Positions 1-7,813 of a DNA stretch of 64,000 bases are shown in pieces (position 1 is the first letter of the stretch; each line of letters opens with the position of its first letter). The translations under genes were made by a program, and so were the position numbers. The notes below the pieces were generated by a model that was given only the letters and a program-made list of their open reading frames with translations, was not told the DNA's origin and ran no database searches. The stretch is from Clostridia bacterium (lineage in GTDB: Bacteria > Bacillota > Clostridia > Christensenellales > CAG-138), in the NCBI GenBank assembly GCA_017438865.1, contig JAFRUN010000006.1:5552-69551 (forward strand), read 5' to 3'.

Positions 1-418
1 TGTAGCCGGTTTTATAGAAGCTCGGCAGGAAGATCAGATTGAAGATCGCGAACAGTACGAGCGCGAAGGCGAGAAGCGAGAGCCCGTGATCGGTGCCGCC
101 GGCGTTGTGCTCCGGCATGGAGACGATCGCGAATGCGCACATCCCGGCCATCAGCAGAATGTCGATCGTCTGAACCAGCACGACGAACAGGCACCGCGCC
201 CTGACCGTCTGCGCCTTCGATACCGGCAGCATGGCGGTATACATCGGATCGCCGTTTTCGCGCGAACTCTGGAAGATAAAGAAGATCGCGTTGCAGACGA
301 AGAAGCACGAAACGAGATACGGATAGCTCGGGATCAGAAGCATCAGCACCATCGCGAGATAGATGAAGATCGTCGGGTGCAGACAGAGCTTAAAGTCCTT
401 AAAAAGCAACGCTTTCAT
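1..418 (-). CDS. ABC-2 type transporter permease, partial (C-terminus lies beyond window start)
   Basis: Absent from the ORF track because it is open at the window edge. Manual translation from ATG at 418 gives MKALLFKDFKLCLHPTIFIYLAMVLMLLIPSYPYLVSCFFVCNAIFFIF..., hydrophobic and multi-TM, with the frame open to base 1. Its start overlaps the upstream ATPase gene by 20 nt. Confidence 0.6.
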   Translation of the reverse strand, partial: MKALLFKDFKLCLHPTIFIYLAMVLMLLIPSYPYLVSCFFVCNAIFFIFQSSRENGDPMYTAMLPVSKAQTVRARCLFVVLVQTIDILLMAGMCAFAIVSMPEHNAGGTDHGLSLLAFALVLFAIFNLIFLPSFYKTGY

Positions 419-1262
419 GGCCGTCCTCCTTTTCCGTATAGATCATAATGGATTCCATATCCGCCGGAGCGATCTTGAGGTCCTCCGCAGCTTCCGCGTC
501 CTCGCGGCGCATCAGTCCGGTAAAGCCGAACGCGTGCGCACGGCAGCCCACAAGCCGGTCGCGATATTCTGCGAGCTGTTCCGCTTCGCCGGAAACCAGG
601 CGGTAGGCGTCCTTAAAGGTTTCCACGTCGGTGGAGCAGAGGATCTTTCCGCCCTTGATGTATGTAATGTAGTCCGCGCACTTTTCGAGATCGGAAATAA
701 TGTGCGTCGAGAACAGGATGCTGTGCCTGCCGTCCTCGATGATCGTGCGGAAGATCTCCAGAAGCTCGTCGCGCGAAACGGGGTCCAGGCCGCTGGTCGG
801 CTCGTCGAGGATCAAAAGTTTCGCCCGGTGCGACAGCGCCAGCGCCAGAGCAAACTTCACACGCATGCCCTGACTGAGTTCGCTGACCTTCTTTTCGGGA
901 TCAAGCGAAAAGCGCTTCAGAAGCTCCTGATACAGCGCCTCGTCCCAGTCCGGATAAAAGCGTTTCGTGACGTCCGCGATCACGCGGAGCTTTTTGCGCT
1001 TGTAATAATCGAATTCGCCGAGCACCAGACCGATCTCCTTCTTGCAGACGGTCTCGTTCGCCCAAAGATCGCGCCCCTCAAACAGAACGCTGCCGCCGTC
1101 CGCATGCGCAAGGTTCAGAATGCACTTGATCGTCGTCGTCTTGCCCGCGCCGTTGCGGCCGATGAAACCCATGATGCAGCCCTCTTCGACGTCGAAGCTG
1201 ACGTCGTTCAGAAGAAAGCCCGGATATGCTTTGCGGAGATTTTGAATCGCAAGGATCTTCAT
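399..1262 (-). CDS. ABC transporter ATP-binding protein
   Basis: Walker A GRNGAGKTT, signature LSQGMR, Walker B LLILDEPTSGLD. I chose the start at MKILAIQNL (1262) because AGGAGG lies 5 nt upstream; the track start at 1277 has no SD. Confidence 0.9.
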   Translation of the reverse strand: MKILAIQNLRKAYPGFLLNDVSFDVEEGCIMGFIGRNGAGKTTTIKCILNLAHADGGSVLFEGRDLWANETVCKKEIGLVLGEFDYYKRKKLRVIADVTKRFYPDWDEALYQELLKRFSLDPEKKVSELSQGMRVKFALALALSHRAKLLILDEPTSGLDPVSRDELLEIFRTIIEDGRHSILFSTHIISDLEKCADYITYIKGGKILCSTDVETFKDAYRLVSGEAEQLAEYRDRLVGCRAHAFGFTGLMRREDAEAAEDLKIAPADMESIMIYTEKEDGHESVAF

Positions 1263-1275
1263 AAGTTCCTCCTTC

Positions 1276-1306
1276 ATAATTGTGCTTACTGTGCATACAC
1301 AATTAT
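1276..1306. promoter_or_regulatory. Inverted repeat ATAATTGTG-N13-CACAATTAT in a divergent intergenic region (candidate operator)
   Basis: Perfect 9-bp arms at 1276-1284 and 1298-1306. It lies between the ABC ATPase start (1262, minus) and the thioredoxin-like gene (1416, plus). The inner near-palindrome is TGTGCATACACA. Confidence 0.3.
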
Positions 1307-1415
1307 AACGCTTTCATCACAGTTGTCAAGAGGGGAAACACAGATTTTATAAAAAATGTTTTCAAAACCGTGCGAACGTGGTAAAGTAAACAGAAAGAAA
1401 AGGAGATTACAAATA

Positions 1416-1964
1416 ATGAAACGCATTTTGATATTTGCACTGGGCATGCTGCTTCTGCTGTCCTTCGGCTGCGCGATAAAGCAGCCCGAGACCGAACCGG
1501 CGAAAACGCCCGAACCGGTCGCGACAAACGCGCCCGAGCCGTCCGCGGAGGGCGGACCGGAGCTTGTATTCGATACGGTCACCCTGTACGGCGAGCCGAT
1601 CAGCTCCGATATTCTGCACGAATACGATCTGGTGATCGTCAACTGCTGGGCGGAGTGGTGCGGTCCGTGCGTGGGCGAACTGCCGGAGCTTGAACGGATC
1701 CATCGGGAATATCCGAACGTGCTGATCCTCGGCGTGCTGTCCTTCTCGAATGATCCGGAAGGCGCGAAGGAGACGCTCAGGGACGCGGGCGTCACATATC
1801 CCGCTTTTGAGCCGGCGGGCACGCTCATTGATCTGGTCAGTCAATTCGACGCCATCCCGACCACGATGTTCTTCGACAGCACGGGGAATCAGATCGCGGA
1901 CACGATCGTCGGCAGCATGAATTATAACCAATGGAAAGCGGTCGTGGAGGATCTTTTGCCGTGA
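1416..1964 (+). CDS. TlpA/ResA-like thiol-disulfide oxidoreductase lipoprotein (thioredoxin fold)
   Basis: Signal peptide with lipobox LLSFGC. Redox motif WAEWCGPCVGELPEL. Start at MKRILIF with AAGGAG upstream. Confidence 0.85.
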   Translation: MKRILIFALGMLLLLSFGCAIKQPETEPAKTPEPVATNAPEPSAEGGPELVFDTVTLYGEPISSDILHEYDLVIVNCWAEWCGPCVGELPELERIHREYPNVLILGVLSFSNDPEGAKETLRDAGVTYPAFEPAGTLIDLVSQFDAIPTTMFFDSTGNQIADTIVGSMNYNQWKAVVEDLLP

Positions 1965-2107
1965 AGCGGTCCGTCCGCATCGGAATATGCACCGTGCTCA
2001 TTCTTCTGGGCACGGCTTTTCTGCTGTACGGAATCTTTTCGGGTCAGGTCGCGGGCGTGATCGCAAAGGCGACGCATATTTGTTTGGAGTGTATCGGCAT
2101 TGGCTAA
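1961..2107 (+). CDS. 48-aa membrane peptide with C-terminal CxxC (CD1871A-like)
   Basis: Manual translation: VKRSVRIGICTVLILLGTAFLLYGIFSGQVAGVIAKATHICLECIGIG. The GTG start overlaps the upstream stop (GTGA), and its stop overlaps the next gene. Too short for the ORF track. Confidence 0.55.
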   Translation: MKRSVRIGICTVLILLGTAFLLYGIFSGQVAGVIAKATHICLECIGIG

Positions 2108-2996
2108 GGCGGCGCGTGTAAGGGGAGAATGGAAGCGGCTCGTCGTGCAGGCGGCGGCGTTTCTTCTCCAGAATCCGAAACTGCATCATTTCTTCCTCGG
2201 CACGATCGAAAAGGGCGAAACGAAGTCCGTCTGCGTGCCGGGGCTGAACTGCTATTCCTGTCCGGCGGCGATCGGCGCGTGTCCGATTGGTTCGCTGCAG
2301 AATTCCATGAGCGGCGGCTATAAAAAGCCGGCGTTTCCGTTCTATGTGCTCGGGTTTCTGCTCCTGTTCGGATTGACGCTCGGACGCTGGATCTGCGGCT
2401 GGCTCTGCCCGTTCGGGTGGGTGCAGGACCTCGTTTACCGTATTCCGTTTTTCAAAAAGCTCCGTACGTTCCGCTTCGAGCGGTATTTCCGTTGGCTCAA
2501 ATACGCCGTGCTCGCGGTGCTCGTGATCGGGCTGCCGCTTCTGTCTGCGTTCAAAGGCGTACTCGTGCCGTGGTTCTGCAAGGTGCTTTGCCCGTCCGGC
2601 ACGCTGTTCGGCGGGATCCCGCTGGTCGCGGCGAACGCCGCGCTTAAAAATCAGATCGGCTTCCTCTTCTGGTGGAAGGTCGGCGTACTCTCGGCGCTTC
2701 TTCTGCTGTCGCTGCTTGTTTCGCGTCCGTTCTGCCGGTATCTCTGCCCGCTCGGCGCGATCTACGGACTGTTCAACCGCATTGCGCTGGCGCATCTCAG
2801 CTATGAAAAAGAAACGTGCGTCGACTGCGGAAAGTGCGTTTCGGTCTGTCCGATGGGGATCGATCCGAAAAAACAGTTCGATTCAATAGAGTGCATTCGC
2901 TGCGGACGCTGCGCGCGGGCGTGCCCGACCGACGCGCTCACGGTGCGGTTCGGGCTTCGGAAGAAGGCGGAATCTCACAAAAAATCCACAATATAA
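2100..2996 (+). CDS. Integral-membrane 4Fe-4S polyferredoxin (NapH/MauN/CcoG-like)
   Basis: Three CX3CP motifs (CGWLCPFG, CKVLCPSG, CRYLCPLG), several TM segments, and two ferredoxin motifs (CVDCGKCVSVCP, CIRCGRCARACP). There is an extra N-terminal CVPGLNCYSCPAAIGAC. The TTG start is uncertain; an in-frame GTG at 2145 is possible. Confidence 0.85.
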   Translation: MAKAARVRGEWKRLVVQAAAFLLQNPKLHHFFLGTIEKGETKSVCVPGLNCYSCPAAIGACPIGSLQNSMSGGYKKPAFPFYVLGFLLLFGLTLGRWICGWLCPFGWVQDLVYRIPFFKKLRTFRFERYFRWLKYAVLAVLVIGLPLLSAFKGVLVPWFCKVLCPSGTLFGGIPLVAANAALKNQIGFLFWWKVGVLSALLLLSLLVSRPFCRYLCPLGAIYGLFNRIALAHLSYEKETCVDCGKCVSVCPMGIDPKKQFDSIECIRCGRCARACPTDALTVRFGLRKKAESHKKSTI

Positions 2997-3076
2997 TGCT
3001 TGCAAATTCCGAGAAGTGTGATAGGATATCAAGCGAAGAAAAGACGGGGGATCCCCGCAGGGAAAGAAGGATAACC

Positions 3077-4249
3077 ATGACAAAGATCGATATTTTCAGC
3101 GGTTTCTTGGGCGCCGGCAAAACGACGCTCATCAAAAAACTGATCGCCGAGGCGTACGTCGGCGAAAAGCTCGTTCTGATCGAAAACGAATTCGGCGAGA
3201 TCGGCATCGACGGCGCGTTTCTGCAGGAAGCGGGCATTGAGATCACCGAGATGAACTCCGGCTGCATCTGCTGCTCGCTGGTGGGCGATTTCTCGAAAGC
3301 ATTGAAAAAGGTTCTTGACGAGTTTCATCCGGACCGCATTCTCATCGAGCCGTCCGGCGTCGGAAAACTTTCCGACGTCAAGCGCGCGGTCAGCGGCGTT
3401 CTGACCGACGACGTCGTCATCAACAGCTGCATCGCGGTCGTCGACGCCAAGAAGGCGCGCGTCTACCGCAAGAATTTCGGCGAGTTCTACGTGAACCAGA
3501 TCGAGTCCGCGGACTGCGTCGTTCTGAGCCGTTCGCAGGACGTGAGCGAGGAGCGCCTGAAGGAAGTGCTCGACATGGTGCGCGAGCTGAACGCGGAAGC
3601 GACGGTCGTCGCCGCACCGTGGGACAAGCTGACCGGAAAGGATCTTCTATCCGCGATCGAAAACCGCGACACGCTGAAGGCGTCGATGGAGGCGCTCAAA
3701 AAGGAGCATCATCACCATCACGGCGAGGAGTGCGACGATCTGGAATGCGAGTGCCATCACCACCACCATCACGACGATGATGAGGACGAGCACGAACACC
3801 GTCATCACCACCATCACGACGATGACGATGATGACGACGAGCACGAACACCATCATCATCACGACGATGAGGAATGCGACGATCCCGAATGCGAATGCCA
3901 TCATCATCATCACGACGATGACGAGGATGAGCATGAACACCATCATCATCACCATCACGGACACGACGCGGACGAGGTGTTTTCTAGCTGGGGCATCGAG
4001 ACGATGCACCGCTTCACCGAGGACGAGATCCGCAGCAGGATCGCAAAGCTCGACGATGCCGAAACCTACGGCACCGTGCTTCGCGCCAAGGGCGTGGTCC
4101 CGGCGGCAGACGGCGAAAAGTGGATCCATTTCGACCACGTTCCCGGCGAGGTTGAGGTCAGGAGAGGCGCTGCGGGCGTGATCGGACGGCTGTGCGTGAT
4201 CGGCTCGAAGATGAACGAAGACGCTCTGAAGGCGCTGTTTACGGAGTAA
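3077..4249 (+). CDS. COG0523/CobW-family G3E GTPase metallochaperone with long His/Asp/Cys-rich insert
   Basis: Walker A GFLGAGKTT and the CxCC motif GCICCS, with a CobW C-terminal-like end. True start is MTKIDIF at 3077; the track ORF from 2816 runs through the upstream gene. Confidence 0.9.
   Translation: MTKIDIFSGFLGAGKTTLIKKLIAEAYVGEKLVLIENEFGEIGIDGAFLQEAGIEITEMNSGCICCSLVGDFSKALKKVLDEFHPDRILIEPSGVGKLSDVKRAVSGVLTDDVVINSCIAVVDAKKARVYRKNFGEFYVNQIESADCVVLSRSQDVSEERLKEVLDMVRELNAEATVVAAPWDKLTGKDLLSAIENRDTLKASMEALKKEHHHHHGEECDDLECECHHHHHHDDDEDEHEHRHHHHHDDDDDDDEHEHHHHHDDEECDDPECECHHHHHDDDEDEHEHHHHHHHGHDADEVFSSWGIETMHRFTEDEIRSRIAKLDDAETYGTVLRAKGVVPAADGEKWIHFDHVPGEVEVRRGAAGVIGRLCVIGSKMNEDALKALFTE
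3725..3940 (+). repeat. Internal duplication of a metal-binding module inside the GTPase gene
   Basis: Unit 1 (3725-3799) encodes EECDDLECECHHHHHHDDDEDEHEH. Unit 2 (3869-3940) encodes EECDDPECECHHHHHDDDEDEHEH. They are separated by RHHHHHDDDDDDDEHEHHHHHDD. Confidence 0.8.
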
Positions 4250-4255
4250 GCCGCC

Positions 4256-5197
4256 ATGATGCTTCCGGTCTTCTTATTCACGGGCTTCCTCGATTCGGGC
4301 AAAACGACGTTCATTCAGTCGATGCTCGAGGATCCCGGCTTCAACGAGGGACAGCGCACGCTGGTGCTGCTGTGCGAGGAGGGCGAGGAGGAGCTTGAAC
4401 CCAGGCGCTTTTCGATCAACAACGTCACGATCCGCACGGTCGACAGCGTAGCCGATCTCACGCCCGCCAACATGTCCCTGTGGCAGCGCAAAGCGGCGGC
4501 GACGCGGATCATGATCGAATACAACGGCATGTGGCAGATGAACGACCTCTTCGACCGCCTGCCGGAAAACTGGGGCATCGCGCAGGAGACGATGATGGTC
4601 GACGCCTCGACGATTGCCGCGTTCAACGCGAACATGCGGCAGCTCGTCGTGGACAAGCTGAACACGGCGGAGCTCGTCATCTTCACGCGCGTCGAGCCGG
4701 AGCAGGACAAGATGGAACTGCACAAGCTCGTGCGCGGCATCTCCCGCGGGGCGCAGATCGTCTATGATCTCACCGACGGCACGAGCGTGGAGGACGACAT
4801 TGAGGATCCGCTGCCGTTCGACCTGAACGCGGATATCGTCGAGATCGCGGACCGCGACTATGCGCTGTTCTATCGCGACCTCGTCGACGAGCCCGCAAAA
4901 TACGAGGGCAAGACCGTCCGCTACAAGGGGCTTTGCGCGAACAACATGCGCATGCCGAAGGATACGTTCCTTGCCGGGCGGCACATCATGACCTGCTGCG
5001 AGGCGGACATCGCCTACTGCCCGCTCGTGTGCAAGTGGGACATGGCAAAATCCGTGAAGCACAAGAGCTGGGGCATCGTCGAGGGCACGATCCACGAGAA
5101 GTTCTCAAACATCTACGGCAAGAAGGGGCCGGTTTTAACGATTCATTCTTTTGAACCCGCCTCCGAACCCGAACAGCCGGTTGCGACTTTTTACTGA
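4256..5197 (+). CDS. G3E-like P-loop protein lacking the CxCC motif, with a Cys-rich C-terminal domain (DUF1980/TIGR03943-like)
   Basis: Walker A GFLDSGKTT. No CxCC motif. The C-terminus contains HIMTCCEADIAYCPLVCKWD. It starts 6 nt after the upstream GTPase gene. Confidence 0.75.
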   Translation: MMLPVFLFTGFLDSGKTTFIQSMLEDPGFNEGQRTLVLLCEEGEEELEPRRFSINNVTIRTVDSVADLTPANMSLWQRKAAATRIMIEYNGMWQMNDLFDRLPENWGIAQETMMVDASTIAAFNANMRQLVVDKLNTAELVIFTRVEPEQDKMELHKLVRGISRGAQIVYDLTDGTSVEDDIEDPLPFDLNADIVEIADRDYALFYRDLVDEPAKYEGKTVRYKGLCANNMRMPKDTFLAGRHIMTCCEADIAYCPLVCKWDMAKSVKHKSWGIVEGTIHEKFSNIYGKKGPVLTIHSFEPASEPEQPVATFY

Positions 5198-5205
5198 GAC
5201 GAAAC

Positions 5206-5237
5206 AAAAGCGCTTCCTTTGCGGGAAGCGCTTTTTT
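5206..5237. terminator. Bidirectional rho-independent terminator
   Basis: AAAA-GCGCTTCC-loop-GGAAGCGC-TTTTTT, between convergent genes. Confidence 0.7.
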
Positions 5238-5248
5238 CATTTACGGAT

Positions 5249-6871
5249 TCAGTGTACGTTCAGCGTGACCGCGTACTGCGGAAATTCGGTCGTGGTCGAT
5301 TCGTAATTCCAGGAATTTACGCCGGGCGCGCTCCATTCCGTCACGCCGTATTCGGGATTCATTGTTCCGAGCGGATTCTTTTTCGTGCCGTTGTCGTACT
5401 GGTGGTAAACGTCCATCGTATCGACGGAACGAATGACCGGCACGAACGCGATCGTTTTGATCGAACCCATCATCTCGTACGGAACGTTCTCGATCTCCGA
5501 TAATTCATACACCACGGTGCCGTCGTCTTCCGCTTTGCAGTTATACGGATTGGCAAACCAATCGCCGCTTTCCCCGTTGAGCAGCACCTTGAACGTCAGC
5601 GAATCGGCAAGCGCTTCGCGATCCTCACGCGTCCACGATTCCGGAACGTTGATACGGATCCTGATGTTTTTGATTCCCAGCGTGCTGAATTCCGCACCCT
5701 CCGTATCGGCGGTCATGGTAAGACCTTCCGTCGAAACGCGCTGTTTATACAGCGAAACGCGATCGTCTTCGTAGCGGTCGTCCGGATCTCCGAAATCGAT
5801 GTCAATTTTGCTGACGGCAACCGTTTCCGCGCCCCACACGACGGGAGCATTTGCTTTCACCGCGGTCGATTCGACGTTCTGATACGCTTTCATATTGACG
5901 GTGATCGTGCCGATCTGCGCGTTATAGAGCTCGGTGTCCGGAACGTAGCTGCCGTCGCCGCGGTCCTCCTCGATCACGCTGACGACGTAATAAACCTTCG
6001 CGGTCAGATTGCCGTCGGCGTCGAGGTACTGCTCGTAGTCGTGCGGGAAGATCTGGGCTGCCGCCATCAGACCGTTCTCGGCAAGATACGCGCGGTTTTC
6101 CGCGTCGATCGCCTGCATCTGCTCCTCCGTCTTGTTTTCGACCAGAAGACCGAGGTCGTGCAGTCGGTCCAGATGTCCTTCGATTGACGAAGTCAGGTCG
6201 ATCATGCCGCCGAAACGCTTGCCGTCCGGCATTTCATACATGATCCAGCTTTCCGGCATTTCATACAGCGTCTTTTCGCCGGAAAGATATTCCTCGCCCG
6301 GGCCGCCCTCGTACAGTCCCCAGACCGCGTACGGATCGACGGGAACCCCCGTGGTGCGGCTGCCGGTCCAATGCTCCAGAAGATACAGACCGGAAAGTCC
6401 GTTCAGTCGGATCGTCTGGTAAAGGGTGTTCCCGTCGAACATGGCTTCGCCGAGCTCGACGTCGCAGTTCTCATGCAGAAATGCCGAGACCTTCAGCGCG
6501 CCTTCGCTGTTGACCGCCTCGGAATCGGTGCGGTCGATCGGGATCGTAACGACGTCCTCGTTTGCGGCAGGCGACGCGATCAGCGAATCGAGCTCCGGAA
6601 CGTCTGCCCGCTCGCTCGGGTCTGCGGTCAGATAATCCGCGGGGCGCGAAACGCCGAACCACGAAAGGACCTCGGCTCTCGCCGACGGAATTAAGAAGAC
6701 CGTGCCGAGTGCAAGTACGAGGCACGCCGCGATCGGCAGCAGGATCTTTGTCCACACGATCGGCTGTTTCTGCTTCTGCGCCGCTTCTCTCAATACTGCG
6801 CGGCGGATGGATTCTTTTTTCATCAGCTCGTTTTCCGCAAAGGACAGGAGCTGTTCGGATGTGTTTTTCAT
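5249..6871 (-). CDS. Putative anti-sigma factor: single-pass membrane protein with a roughly 470-aa extracytoplasmic domain
   Basis: ATGA start/stop overlap with the upstream sigma gene. One TM (ILLPIAACLVLALGTVFLI) after a short cytoplasmic N-terminus. Full-length paralog of 46816-48210. Confidence 0.6.
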   Translation of the reverse strand: MKNTSEQLLSFAENELMKKESIRRAVLREAAQKQKQPIVWTKILLPIAACLVLALGTVFLIPSARAEVLSWFGVSRPADYLTADPSERADVPELDSLIASPAANEDVVTIPIDRTDSEAVNSEGALKVSAFLHENCDVELGEAMFDGNTLYQTIRLNGLSGLYLLEHWTGSRTTGVPVDPYAVWGLYEGGPGEEYLSGEKTLYEMPESWIMYEMPDGKRFGGMIDLTSSIEGHLDRLHDLGLLVENKTEEQMQAIDAENRAYLAENGLMAAAQIFPHDYEQYLDADGNLTAKVYYVVSVIEEDRGDGSYVPDTELYNAQIGTITVNMKAYQNVESTAVKANAPVVWGAETVAVSKIDIDFGDPDDRYEDDRVSLYKQRVSTEGLTMTADTEGAEFSTLGIKNIRIRINVPESWTREDREALADSLTFKVLLNGESGDWFANPYNCKAEDDGTVVYELSEIENVPYEMMGSIKTIAFVPVIRSVDTMDVYHQYDNGTKKNPLGTMNPEYGVTEWSAPGVNSWNYESTTTEFPQYAVTLNVH

Positions 6872-7380
6872 AATGCGTTCTCCTCTCCGAAGGTCGTTCT
6901 GAGTTTTTTGCGCACGCGGGCGAGCCGGCTTTTGACGCCTGTCGCCGTCGTGCCCGTTTCTCTTGCAATGTCGCCGAGCTTCATGCCGTATCCGTAATAC
7001 AGAATGAACATGCGCTGCGTGCTTTCCGGTTCCTCCCTGAGGCGTTCGAGAATATCGTCGATCGCCGCGTGATCGAGGGAGAGCTCCTCCACCGAAACGT
7101 CGTCCGGCTCGTCCGAAACGGCTTCGATGGGAAGTTCCTTCCGCTTTGCGCGGAACCGGTAAAAGCTGCTGATCTCATGCTTTAAGGTCATAAAAAGATA
7201 CGCTTTCGGATCGCGGATCGCGCTTGTGCCTTTTCGTGCGAGGGTGCGGTAGAACTTTGCATAGGTATTCTGCAGAAGATCGTGCGCATCCTCGATCGTC
7301 GCTTTCAGAAGGCAGTAGCGCATCAGCTCGCGAAACGTCGCGTCGTATACGGTGTTGAATGTTTCGGTTACATCATTCAT
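6868..7380 (-). CDS. RNA polymerase sigma-70 family (ECF-type) sigma factor
   Basis: Region 2-like LLQNTYAKFYR and a region 4 HTH (KLGDIARETGTTATGVKSRLARVRKKL). Start at MNDVTETF. Confidence 0.85.
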   Translation of the reverse strand: MNDVTETFNTVYDATFRELMRYCLLKATIEDAHDLLQNTYAKFYRTLARKGTSAIRDPKAYLFMTLKHEISSFYRFRAKRKELPIEAVSDEPDDVSVEELSLDHAAIDDILERLREEPESTQRMFILYYGYGMKLGDIARETGTTATGVKSRLARVRKKLRTTFGEENAL

Positions 7381-7454
7381 GGTTTTACTCCTTGCTTTGT
7401 ACGGCCGTTCACCCGTAAAGACGCACGGACAAAGCAAACGGGATCGCGTTCGGA

Positions 7455-7486
7455 GAAAAAAAGGACAGCCGAAGCTGTCCCTTTTT
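7455..7486 (-). terminator. Rho-independent terminator after the zinc-ribbon gene
   Basis: GGACAGC-CGAA-GCTGTCC flanked by A and T runs. Confidence 0.7.
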
Positions 7487-7500
7487 GTGTCGGTTGCGTT

Positions 7501-7779
7501 TTATCTGCCGCGGCGCTGTGCAAAGCACTCGGAGCAATAGATCGGCTTGTCGTTTCTCGGCTGGAACGGTACCTTGGTGGGTTTGCCGCAGGATGCGCAG
7601 ACGGCGTCGAACATTTCGCGGCTCTGCGTGCGCGCCGCGTTCTTGCGTGCTTTCCGGCATTCCGGGCAGCGGACGGGCTCGTTTTTGAAGCCGTTTCTCT
7701 CATAGAATTCCTGTTCGCCCGCGCTGAAAACGAATTCCTTGCCGCAGTCTCTGCAAACCAGTGTCTTGTCTTCGTACAT
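7501..7779 (-). CDS. Zinc-ribbon protein with a CxxC-x17-CxxC domain
   Basis: CRDCGKEF...CPEC followed by CASCGKPTKVPFQPRNDKPIYCSEC, with exactly 17 residues between the second pair of CxxC motifs. Confidence 0.85.
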   Translation of the reverse strand: MYEDKTLVCRDCGKEFVFSAGEQEFYERNGFKNEPVRCPECRKARKNAARTQSREMFDAVCASCGKPTKVPFQPRNDKPIYCSECFAQRRGR

Positions 7780-7813
7780 GATGTTTTGATTCCCTTCGCG
7801 TTTTGGATAATTT

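Noticed and set aside
2816-3076. N-terminal extension of the CobW-like ORF (track start 2816)
   Set aside because: The extension overlaps the 3' end of the polyferredoxin gene in another frame. A good start (MTKIDIF, with the Walker A immediately after) lies at 3077, which gives the usual N-terminus for the family.
3647-4181. ORFs 3647-4138 (minus) and 3777-4181 (plus) with odd repetitive translations (VMMMV.., TTITTMT..)
   Set aside because: These are alternative-frame readings of the His/Asp codon repeats inside the GTPase gene. No independent coding evidence exists.
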